Shown here piece after piece: positions 10,111 through 21,442 of a stretch of 64,000 nucleotides of DNA. The DNA comes from an uncultured Bacilli bacterium (lineage in GTDB: Bacteria > Bacillota_I > Bacilli_A > RF39 > UBA660), in the NCBI GenBank assembly GCA_944363785.1, contig CALVVF010000002.1, positions 1,681-65,680 on the forward strand. Reading direction: 5' to 3'. Position 1 is the first letter of the stretch; every line of letters begins with the position of its first letter. Below the pieces are notes generated by a model that was not told the DNA's origin, searched no databases, and worked only from the letters and a program-made list of their open reading frames with translations. Made by a program: the position numbers and the translations under genes.

Positions 10111-10851
10111 AAAATCATTCGTTTTAAAAAGCTAAAAGAAGGAATGGTAGAGTTTGTCCTAGAAAATGGAGAAGAGATTCTAGCTCATGAAGATTTAATT
10201 CTAAAATACGAGTTATTAATAAGTAAAGAAATCGATGCCAAGCAATTAGAAAAAATTCAACAAGAAAATGAAATTTATCGTTTATATACAGTTGCCTTAA
10301 ATTATCTTAAGACGAAAATGCGATGTAAAAAGGAAATAGCTACTTATCTAAGACAAAAACAAGTCGATATCAAAAAAATAGATCAAGTCTTAGAAATTTT
10401 AAATCGTCAAGGTTATTTAAATGAAAGTATTTATGCTGAAGCTTTTGTTCATGACCGAATGGTACTTACTATGGATGGTCCCAATAAAATAGCTTCTGAT
10501 TTAAGAAAAAATGAGATTGATCACTGTGAAATTGAACAGGCATTGTCTATTTTTACCGAAGAAGTGGAACGAGAAAAAATCCAAAACTACATCCAAAAAC
10601 AATTACGAATGAATAAACGAAAAAGTAGTACAGTACTAAAACAGAAAATAAAAAGTGATCTAGAACGATTAGGATATCATGCCTCAATTTACCAAAGTGA
10701 AATTTCCAAAATAACGGTTGATGATGATTCAATATATCAAGAAGAATATCAAAAACTATATCAAAAATTAAGTAAAAAATATCAGGGTAAAGAATTAGAA
10801 TGGCGTATAAAACAAAAACTATATCAAAAAGGGTTTTCTAAAAACTTATAA
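10111..10851 (+). CDS. recX: RecX family regulatory protein.
   Basis: Three-repeat helical architecture with YLNESIYAEAFVHDRM-type RecX motifs. The likely true start is ATG 10111 (AAGGTGA RBS); the track ORF starts at 10075. Confidence 0.6.
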   Translation, partial: KIIRFKKLKEGMVEFVLENGEEILAHEDLILKYELLISKEIDAKQLEKIQQENEIYRLYTVALNYLKTKMRCKKEIATYLRQKQVDIKKIDQVLEILNRQGYLNESIYAEAFVHDRMVLTMDGPNKIASDLRKNEIDHCEIEQALSIFTEEVEREKIQNYIQKQLRMNKRKSSTVLKQKIKSDLERLGYHASIYQSEISKITVDDDSIYQEEYQKLYQKLSKKYQGKELEWRIKQKLYQKGFSKNL

Positions 10852-10935
10852 AATAGAAAATTTTGCATTTTTAGGAAAAACTATTTACACATTTCTTTTC
10901 AAAGATTAGAATTTGAAAAGAAGGGAAATTGATGT

Positions 10936-11244
10936 ATGGTAGTAAATAAAGAATATATTGATCGTTTAATGACAGAAAAAGGAATTACAAGTTATCCTCA
11001 ATTAGCGAAAGAGTGTAATTTACACTATACGACATTGCGTTATATTTTTAAAGGACATAATCCTGGAGTAACCACTTTGAAGAGTATTGCCGATTATTTT
11101 CAAGTGACTGTAGATAGCTTGCTGAATAATTCGTCACAGGATTATCTTTATGTAGTAAATAATCATAAAGTAAGAAAGATAAAAATAAGGAGCTTAGAAA
11201 ACATTAGGTATCTAATGATTTTTCTTTTATGCCAAGAAGGATAA
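10936..11244 (+). CDS. XRE-family helix-turn-helix transcriptional regulator (small).
   Basis: The N-terminal HTH GITSYPQLAKECNLHYTTLRYIFKG is Cro/C1-type. Confidence 0.5.
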   Translation: MVVNKEYIDRLMTEKGITSYPQLAKECNLHYTTLRYIFKGHNPGVTTLKSIADYFQVTVDSLLNNSSQDYLYVVNNHKVRKIKIRSLENIRYLMIFLLCQEG

Positions 11245-11331
11245 AAATTTTTAAACAGTTGAGGAAAAACACTGTCATTTGCTTTCTAAAATAGTACTCT
11301 TATAGTATAATAATATCAAGGAGTAGAGAAC

Positions 11332-13440
11332 ATGATAAATATAGATAGCTTAAATGAAAAACAAAAGGAAGCAGTATTAAAAACAGAAGGGCCATTACTT
11401 ATTTTGGCTGGAGCAGGTAGTGGTAAAACACGGGTTTTAACCACTAGAATTGCCTATTTAATAGAAGAAAAAGAGGTAGATCCATATCATATATTAGCTA
11501 TTACTTTTACGAATAAAGCAGCCAAAGAGATGAAGAACCGCTTGATTGATCTTGTAGGTGAAGTCGCTAATATCGTTCAAGTGTCTACCTTTCATTCGTT
11601 TGGTTTAAAAATTCTACGTGAAAATTATGATTACTTAGGATATGAAAAGAACTTTTGTATCCTCGATAGTGACGACTCTTTAAGTGTAATTAAGAGAATA
11701 CTAAAACGTCTAAATCTAGATCCTAAAGAGTATAATCCAAATGCCATCAAAAATAAGATAAGTAGTTGTAAAAATGAGTTAATTACCCCAAATGTATATG
11801 AACATCATGCATCGAATGATTTTGAAAAGATAGCTTCTACTGTATTTTATGAATATGAAAAGACCCTAAAAGAAAATAACTCTGTCGATTTTGATGATTT
11901 ATTGATTTTACCAATAAAATTATTCCGAGAAAATAAAGATATTTTAGAAAAATATCAACAACGTTTTCAATATGTACTAATTGACGAATATCAAGATACC
12001 AACGAGGCACAGTATATCTTAACTAAAATGATGAGTGCGAAATTTCGCAATATTTGTGTCGTAGGAGACGAATCACAATCTATTTATTCATTCCGAGGAG
12101 CCAATTATCGTAACATCTTGAATTTTGAAAAGGATTATAAAGATACCACAACCATCAAATTGGAACAAAATTATCGTTCGACGTCAACGATTTTAGATGC
12201 CGCTAATCAAGTGATAAAACATAATCGCGAACGAAAAGAAAAAAACTTGTGGAGTACCAAGGGAACAGGGGATAAAATCACTTATTACCGAGCTGAAAGT
12301 GAAAAAGATGAAGCATCTTACGTGGCTAGTCATATTAAAGAATTATTAGCGAGTGGAACTAATGCGGAAGAGATAGTAATTCTCTATCGGACGAATGCAC
12401 AATCCCGAACAGTTGAAGAAGAATTGATGAAACAAAGTATTCCTTATCGAATTGTAGGAGGAATGACCTTCTATAATCGTAAAGAAATCAAAGATTTAAT
12501 TGCCTATTTACGATTAATTTTTAATAGTAAAGATGATGTATCCTTAGAAAGAATCATCAATGTACCTAAAAGAGGAATTGGTCTAAGAACGATAGAAAAA
12601 TTAACAGAAAAAAAGAATCAAGAACACATTAGTTTATATGAAGCGATCGATTCGGGCAAAGAATTAGAATTTAAGAATTTAATAGAAAAATTAAAAAAAG
12701 ATGCGGAAAAAAGTACTTTAACTGAATTGATTGACTTAGTTTTAGAAACAACAGGAATGAAAAAAGAACTAGAAGATGAAAAGACTTTAGAAGCCGAAAA
12801 CCGTCTAGAAAACTTGGAGGAATTTAAAACCGTTACTAAAAGTTTTGAAGATGAATATGGTTTAGTGTCACTAGAAGATTTCTTGTATCAGATCAGTTTA
12901 GTTAGTGATCGAGATGATTATCAAGATCCACAGAATAAAGTAAGTCTCATGACTGTCCATTCTGTTAAAGGTTTGGAATTTTACTATGTTTTTGTTATTG
13001 GATTAGAAGAAGGAATCTTTCCTCATATCAATTCTTTAATGGATGCGGGAGGAATTGAAGAAGAACGACGATTAGCTTACGTAGCAATTACCCGAGCGAA
13101 AGAAAAATTATATCTATTAAATGCCAGAAGAAGGGTATTATTCGGTAGAGATCAAGTAAATCCACCAAGTAGATTTATTAAAGAGATTGAAGAAGATTTA
13201 ATTGCGACGGAAGGAAAAGTACCATCAAAAGATACAGAGAATGTTCAAGTTAAAATCAATAAAGAAGAAAATTATCATCAAGAAGAAGTTAATTGGCAAG
13301 TAGGAGACTTTGCCTACCATGATGTCTTTGGAGCTGGTAGAGTAGTCGAAGTAACGAATACACTAATCAGTATTGCCTTTAAAAGTCCTTATGGAATAAA
13401 GAAATTGATGAAAAATCATAAGAGTATTAAGAAAGTGTAG
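11332..13440 (+). CDS. pcrA: ATP-dependent DNA helicase PcrA (UvrD family).
   Basis: GAGSGKT Walker A, DEYQDTN, YRS..IL and VHS.KGLEF motifs of UvrD/PcrA. Conserved pcrA-ligA neighbourhood. Confidence 0.88.
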   Translation: MINIDSLNEKQKEAVLKTEGPLLILAGAGSGKTRVLTTRIAYLIEEKEVDPYHILAITFTNKAAKEMKNRLIDLVGEVANIVQVSTFHSFGLKILRENYDYLGYEKNFCILDSDDSLSVIKRILKRLNLDPKEYNPNAIKNKISSCKNELITPNVYEHHASNDFEKIASTVFYEYEKTLKENNSVDFDDLLILPIKLFRENKDILEKYQQRFQYVLIDEYQDTNEAQYILTKMMSAKFRNICVVGDESQSIYSFRGANYRNILNFEKDYKDTTTIKLEQNYRSTSTILDAANQVIKHNRERKEKNLWSTKGTGDKITYYRAESEKDEASYVASHIKELLASGTNAEEIVILYRTNAQSRTVEEELMKQSIPYRIVGGMTFYNRKEIKDLIAYLRLIFNSKDDVSLERIINVPKRGIGLRTIEKLTEKKNQEHISLYEAIDSGKELEFKNLIEKLKKDAEKSTLTELIDLVLETTGMKKELEDEKTLEAENRLENLEEFKTVTKSFEDEYGLVSLEDFLYQISLVSDRDDYQDPQNKVSLMTVHSVKGLEFYYVFVIGLEEGIFPHINSLMDAGGIEEERRLAYVAITRAKEKLYLLNARRRVLFGRDQVNPPSRFIKEIEEDLIATEGKVPSKDTENVQVKINKEENYHQEEVNWQVGDFAYHDVFGAGRVVEVTNTLISIAFKSPYGIKKLMKNHKSIKKV

Positions 13441-13592
13441 AAGAAAAAATAAATCTAAGGAACATTAAACTAGCACTAACAGAGGGAAAACAATTAATCG
13501 TTTCTAAACAGTTTAATGGTGATTAAACACTTGCTGTCTAAAACAGATAAGTTCTTATCAATCAAATAAATGTTTAATAAAAAGGAGATAAA

Positions 13593-14516
13593 ATGGGAAA
13601 AGAAAAAATGACGTTATTAGTAATGGCTGCTGGAATGGGAAGCAGATTTGGAGGATTAAAACAAATCGAACCATTCGGCCCAAATGGTGAATTTTTGACG
13701 GATTATTCTGTCTATGATGCTTTAAAAGTAGGGTTTACTAAAGTAGTATTTATCATCAAAGAAGAGAACTTACAAGACTTTAAAGATACCATTGGTAAGA
13801 GAATTGAACAAATAATACCGGTAGAATATGCTTTTCAAAAGCAAACAGAAATTCCTGAGGGAGTTCCTATCCCATCAGAAAGAAAAAAACCGTGGGGAAC
13901 TGCGCATGCCATTCTTTGTGCGGAAGACAAAATCAACGAAAATTTCGTATGTATAAATGCAGATGACTTTTATGGTTATGATGCCTTCAAAACCGCTGCA
14001 GATTTCTTGAAAAATCATACTTCAAATGCGCAAAATCAATATGCATTAGTAGGCTATAAAACAGAAAATACTCTGACTGAAAATGGTTCAGTAAAAAGAG
14101 GAGTTTGTAAAAGTACTAATAATTACTTAACAGAAATAATCGAAAGTAAAGTCGAAAAGAAAAATGGAATCATAGAAGCAACTCCACTAAGTGGAAAACC
14201 AAGTTTTACTGTTAGTGAAGATACCTTAGTATCGATGAACATGCTTGTGTTTACCCCTTCAATTTTTCTTTATATTAAAAAGAAGATGGAGATTTTCTTT
14301 AAGAAGCATGCCAATGACTTAGAAACATGTGAATTCCTAATTCCAGATGTGTTAAGTAATGCCATTTCGGAAGGTTATGCTACTGTAGAAGTATTACCGA
14401 CGACAGCCAAATGGATAGGGGTAACCTATAAAGAAGATACTAAGTCAGTCATAGACGCCTTACAAGATATGATTAAAGAAGGAGTGTATCCAGAAAAATT
14501 ATGGGAAAGAAGTTAG
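13593..14516 (+). CDS. Nucleotidyltransferase family protein (MobA-like/NTP_transferase fold).
   Basis: The N-terminal LVMAAGMGSRFGG.KQ is a glycine-rich NTP-transferase loop. Confidence 0.5.
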   Translation: MGKEKMTLLVMAAGMGSRFGGLKQIEPFGPNGEFLTDYSVYDALKVGFTKVVFIIKEENLQDFKDTIGKRIEQIIPVEYAFQKQTEIPEGVPIPSERKKPWGTAHAILCAEDKINENFVCINADDFYGYDAFKTAADFLKNHTSNAQNQYALVGYKTENTLTENGSVKRGVCKSTNNYLTEIIESKVEKKNGIIEATPLSGKPSFTVSEDTLVSMNMLVFTPSIFLYIKKKMEIFFKKHANDLETCEFLIPDVLSNAISEGYATVEVLPTTAKWIGVTYKEDTKSVIDALQDMIKEGVYPEKLWERS

Positions 14517-14980
14517 TATTATCTATTATTTTAACCATCTCTCTTATCTTTTTAGCCGGATGTAGCTTATTTTCAACTAGCTGGACCTATACTGATCTTC
14601 CTCAAGGATATGAGTTGAAAAAAATTAATGATACCGAAATGGTTATTGGAAAAGAAGTAGATGGAAACTTAGAAATTGAAGTAGAAGGAAAAACAATAGG
14701 AATTGAAAAGTATATTGCTGAATTTCAAACAAGTGATAACTATATTGGTCTAAAAGCTTTAGAAAGCAATGAAGAGGGAGTATCGGTACTATTCTATATC
14801 ATCGATGCCAAAAATGAAGATGTATATGGACCTTATGATACTGAATCTACTTATAATGCAGTAGTAGAAAAAATTGTGGAAGAAGAATTGGGAGAATGGA
14901 AAAAAACGATCGATATTAATGAAAAGGGTGAATTAGTCCCAAATAAAGAAGAAACAGAGGAAACTACCAAAGACGAATAA
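14501..14980 (+). CDS. Small lipoprotein of unknown function.
   Basis: Signal peptide with the lipobox LAGC. Acidic C-terminus. Confidence 0.45.
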   Translation: MGKKLVLSIILTISLIFLAGCSLFSTSWTYTDLPQGYELKKINDTEMVIGKEVDGNLEIEVEGKTIGIEKYIAEFQTSDNYIGLKALESNEEGVSVLFYIIDAKNEDVYGPYDTESTYNAVVEKIVEEELGEWKKTIDINEKGELVPNKEETEETTKDE

Positions 14981-14997
14981 GAAAAGGATGAAGATAA

Positions 14998-17467
<2,470 letters not shown>

Positions 17468-17604
17468 TTAGTTCTATGTTAGCCTCAATGAATAAATAAC
17501 AAAATCAAATAGAAGATTTTGTTCTGTAAAGAATTAATAATTGATAAATACGATAAACACATTGCATAAAAATAACAAAAATCAATAATTTCATGATATA
17601 ATTA

Positions 17605-17633
17605 TACATAGCCAATCGCTATGTATATTTTTT
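17605..17633 (+). terminator. Hairpin plus T-run immediately upstream of the gatC RBS (terminator/attenuator-like).
   Basis: 8-bp perfect stem TACATAGC-caatc-GCTATGTA followed by TATTTTTT. The gatC RBS AGGAGG starts right after. Confidence 0.4.
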
Positions 17634-17644
17634 AGGAGGAAAAA

Positions 17645-17938
17645 ATGAACAAACTAACAAAAGAAGAAGTACGACATGTTGCTCATCTCGCACGAATAAA
17701 AGTAACAGATGAAGAAATAGAAAAATATCAAATAGATTTAGGTAAACTTTTAGAGGATGTAGATAAAATTAATGACATCGAAGTAGAAACAGATGAATTA
17801 TTAGTCACTCCCGTAGATCAAGAAGCGATTTTAAGAAATGATCAAGAAACAAGAAGTGTAAATTTTGATGAAATAAAAAAGAATGTACCAGCTGTGACTG
17901 GTAATTTTGTAGAGGTTCCGGTGATGATAGGTGAATAA
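17645..17938 (+). CDS. gatC: Glu-tRNA(Gln) amidotransferase subunit C.
   Basis: 97 aa. VRHVAHLARIKVTDEE matches the GatC consensus. Heads the gatCAB operon. Confidence 0.85.
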   Translation: MNKLTKEEVRHVAHLARIKVTDEEIEKYQIDLGKLLEDVDKINDIEVETDELLVTPVDQEAILRNDQETRSVNFDEIKKNVPAVTGNFVEVPVMIGE

Positions 17939-19358
17939 TTTAGAGTTAAGTATAAAAGAAATTCACAGTCGATTAGTGAATAAAGAGATAACCCCTCTTG
18001 ATCTAGTAGAAGAATGTTACGAAAAGATTGAAGCAGGTAATCATTTAAACAGTTTCATTACGTTAAACAAGAGTGAAGCAATGGAGTATGCGAAAGAATT
18101 ATCAAGTCAAGAAGTAGAAACAGATAACTTACTATGGGGTATTCCTATTGCGATAAAAGACAATATTTCAACAAAAGATATTAGGACAACTTGTGCCTCT
18201 AAAATGCTAGAAAATTATATTCCTATTTATGACGCAACTGTAATTGAGAAGATAAAGAAACAAAAGATGATTATCATTGGAAAAACCAATATGGATGAAT
18301 TTGCCATGGGGTCCACTAGTAGAACAAGTTATTTTGGTTCCCCTAAAAATCCAGTTGATCCAACAAAAATTACTGGTGGTTCATCAGGAGGAAGTGCAGC
18401 TTGTGTTGCGGGAGGATTAGTACCTCTATCTTTAGGAAGTGATACTGGTGGTTCTATTCGTCAACCAGCTAGTTATACGGGAATTGTCGGTATGAAACCA
18501 ACCTATGGTCGTGTATCTAGATATGGACTAATTGCCTTTGGATCAAGCTTAGATCAAATCGGTCCTATGACTAGAAATGTATATGAAAATGCTTTATTAT
18601 TAAACACACTAGTCGGAAAAGATCATAGAGATTTAACGAGTGCAGAAAAAGAAATCGAGGATTTTACTCGTTTGATTGGCCAAGAAGTAAAAGGAATGAA
18701 GATAGCTATTCCTAAATATTTTGTAAGCGATATTGTATCGCCAGTAATTATTGAAAAATTAAATCATGTTGTCGAACTCTTAAAAGCTAACGATAATACT
18801 GTAGATTATATCGATATGAAATACTTAGACCAAGCCGTAACGCTTTACCAGATTATTGCGATGGGAGAAGCCAGCAGTAACTTAGCCCGTTTTGATGGTG
18901 TAAAATTCGGCTATCGCAGTGAAAGTTCATCAACTGTCGAAGAAATGTATGAAAATACAAGAGGAGAAGGCTTCGGTAAAGAAGTAAAACGAAGAATTAT
19001 GGTAGGAAGCTATCTATTAAGTGGAGATAATGCCAAAACTTATTACGACAAAGCACTAATGATCAGAAATGCCATGAAGAAAGAATTTGATAAAGTATTT
19101 AAAGAATATGACTTTATTCTTGGTCCGACGACCACTACTGTCGCTTATCGTTTAGATGAAAACTTAGACGATCCGACAAAATCCTTTATGGATGATGTAT
19201 TAGTTATCCCTGTCAATATGGCAGGATTACCTGGAATGAGTATTCCAATGGGAAAAGATCAAGAAAATATGCCAATTGGCTTACATATTATTGGTAATCG
19301 TTTTGAAGAAGCCAAGATGTATCAGCTTGCATATGATCTAGAAAATAAATTAAAGTAG
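17931..19358 (+). CDS. gatA: Glu-tRNA(Gln) amidotransferase subunit A (amidase family).
   Basis: Amidase signature GGSSGGSAA..GSDTGGSIR. GTG start overlapping the gatC stop. Confidence 0.9.
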   Translation: MNNLELSIKEIHSRLVNKEITPLDLVEECYEKIEAGNHLNSFITLNKSEAMEYAKELSSQEVETDNLLWGIPIAIKDNISTKDIRTTCASKMLENYIPIYDATVIEKIKKQKMIIIGKTNMDEFAMGSTSRTSYFGSPKNPVDPTKITGGSSGGSAACVAGGLVPLSLGSDTGGSIRQPASYTGIVGMKPTYGRVSRYGLIAFGSSLDQIGPMTRNVYENALLLNTLVGKDHRDLTSAEKEIEDFTRLIGQEVKGMKIAIPKYFVSDIVSPVIIEKLNHVVELLKANDNTVDYIDMKYLDQAVTLYQIIAMGEASSNLARFDGVKFGYRSESSSTVEEMYENTRGEGFGKEVKRRIMVGSYLLSGDNAKTYYDKALMIRNAMKKEFDKVFKEYDFILGPTTTTVAYRLDENLDDPTKSFMDDVLVIPVNMAGLPGMSIPMGKDQENMPIGLHIIGNRFEEAKMYQLAYDLENKLK

Positions 19359-19431
19359 GAATAAACATGTTAAAAAGAAAAGAAAATAAAGCAGTAAAAT
19401 ATTTAAAACTAACCAAGAAATTGGAGGTAAA

Positions 19432-20847
19432 ATGATGAATGACTATAAAACAACAGTAGGAATTGAAGTACATTGTGAATTAAAAACCAATGCCAAAATG
19501 TTTAGTAATTCTTTGAACAATTATGGTGGGGTAGCCAATGTCAATATTAACGAAATCGATTTTGCTTTGCCCGGTACACTACCGACGATTAACCAATACG
19601 GAGTAGAATTAGGAATCAAAGCTGCCTTAGTTTTAAACTGTACAATTAATAAAAAGGTAGTATTTGACCGTAAAAATTATTTTTATCCTGATCTACCTAA
19701 AGGCTATCAAATTACACAAGCTAGAAATCCAATTGGTGTAAATGGATACGTAGAAATTGAAGTAGACGGAAAAAAGAAAAAAATAGGGATTCATGATATT
19801 CACCTTGAAGAAGATACTTGTAAGAGTACTCATGCCGACACCAAGTCTTACTTAGATTTTAATCGAAATGGCGTACCACTTTTAGAAATCGTATCTGAAG
19901 CCGATATGAATAGTCCTGAAGAAGCAATGGCTTATCTAGAAAAACTAAAAGAGCTACTCCTATATGCGAATATTTCTGACTGTAAGATGGAAGAAGGAAG
20001 TATGCGTTGTGATGTTAATGTGTCTGTATCTAAAACTGATAAATTAGGTACTAGAACCGAAACCAAGAATATTGGTTCAATCAGTAGCGTAGGTAGAGCA
20101 ATTACTAGTGAAGCTGCCCGTCAAATTCAAGAATTAGAACAAGAAAATGAGATTCATGAAGAAACAAGAAGATTTGACGAAAAACAAGAACGTACTATCT
20201 TAATGCGTGTAAAAGAAACAGGAAATGACTATCGTTATTTTCCCGAACCAGATTTACCACCATACTATATCGATGAAACTTATATCGACGAAGTAAGAAA
20301 AACAATCGATGTAATGCCTGATAAAAGACGTTCAATTTATCTAGAAAAAGGAATTTCTTTAGTTAATGCCAATAAATTAATTCAAAATAAACCATTAAGT
20401 GATTTCCTACTAGGATTAGAAGATATTGATCTCGTCATTGCTAGTAATCTACTCCTTGGCGATATTTCTTCTTATTTAAATAAAACGGAGAAAAAAATTA
20501 CAGAAACTTCTCTAACTCAAGCTAAATTAAGAGAAGTTGTGATGTTATTAAAAGAAAACAAAATAACCAATAAAGTATTTAAAGATATTTTAGTAGATCT
20601 AATGGAAACAGATCTTGGTATTTCAGAAATTATCGAGAAAAAGGGAATTAAGACAATCAGTGATGAAAGTGCTTTACTTGATGTAATTACTAAAGTAATT
20701 GAAGCTAACCCAGAAAGTGTAAAAGACTATCATGAAGGAAAAGATAGAGCGATCAAATATCTTATGGGACAGATCATGAAAGAGACAAAAGGACAAGCCA
20801 ATCCTGCTTTAGTAAATCAGTTACTTCAACAAGAATTAGCAAAATAA
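19432..20847 (+). CDS. gatB: Glu-tRNA(Gln) amidotransferase subunit B.
   Basis: GIEVHCEL..., the GatB/YqeY C-terminal domain and operon context. Confidence 0.9.
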   Translation: MMNDYKTTVGIEVHCELKTNAKMFSNSLNNYGGVANVNINEIDFALPGTLPTINQYGVELGIKAALVLNCTINKKVVFDRKNYFYPDLPKGYQITQARNPIGVNGYVEIEVDGKKKKIGIHDIHLEEDTCKSTHADTKSYLDFNRNGVPLLEIVSEADMNSPEEAMAYLEKLKELLLYANISDCKMEEGSMRCDVNVSVSKTDKLGTRTETKNIGSISSVGRAITSEAARQIQELEQENEIHEETRRFDEKQERTILMRVKETGNDYRYFPEPDLPPYYIDETYIDEVRKTIDVMPDKRRSIYLEKGISLVNANKLIQNKPLSDFLLGLEDIDLVIASNLLLGDISSYLNKTEKKITETSLTQAKLREVVMLLKENKITNKVFKDILVDLMETDLGISEIIEKKGIKTISDESALLDVITKVIEANPESVKDYHEGKDRAIKYLMGQIMKETKGQANPALVNQLLQQELAK

Positions 20848-20956
20848 AGAAGAAAGACTTTTAAAAAAGAGTAATTTATTGTATAATCATATATCATATA
20901 AAAATAAATATATTAGTAAGGTAATTATTTACCAATAAATACGTGAGGTGTTATAG

Positions 20957-21442
20957 ATGAATATAATCAAAAAAAATAAATTCACGATTATTGCCATTGT
21001 TATATTTACCATTTTAGTCTTTGGTTTATATCAGGCAAAACAACTGTTTTTCCCAAATGAAGGAAAGGCAATCTATGGAGATCGTTTAGTGGGCAAAGTT
21101 GAAGTAGAAGAAGCTACCTACGATCAAGTAAAAGCGAAAATTCAGGAAAATGAGCGTGTCGAAAGTGTCTCATTACGAGAAAACGGACGAACCATTAATC
21201 TAACCATTACCGTAAAAAATGACACGAGTATTGAAGATGCTAAGGCAACAATTAATGGGATGCTAGATTCATTTACCGATAGTCAAAAAGGATATTATGA
21301 TTTCCAAGTATTTATCGTAAAAACTGATGAAGCAGAGAATAACTTCCCAATTATTGGCTATAAACATCATAATAATTCTGAATTTTCTTGGACAAAAGAT
21401 AGAGAGAAAACCGATATTAGTACTACAGAAGGTGGAGAATAA
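20957..21442 (+). CDS. Membrane-anchored hypothetical protein (N-terminal TM), translationally coupled to the downstream receptor.
   Basis: An N-terminal TM segment. The stop TAA overlaps the downstream ATG (TAATG). Confidence 0.4.
   Translation: MNIIKKNKFTIIAIVIFTILVFGLYQAKQLFFPNEGKAIYGDRLVGKVEVEEATYDQVKAKIQENERVESVSLRENGRTINLTITVKNDTSIEDAKATINGMLDSFTDSQKGYYDFQVFIVKTDEAENNFPIIGYKHHNNSEFSWTKDREKTDISTTEGGE

Noticed and set aside
17468-17644. Possible T-box riboswitch leader upstream of gatCAB.
   Set aside because: The spacer is only about 177 nt. No specifier-loop/T-box antiterminator consensus was found. Only a simple hairpin plus T-run.
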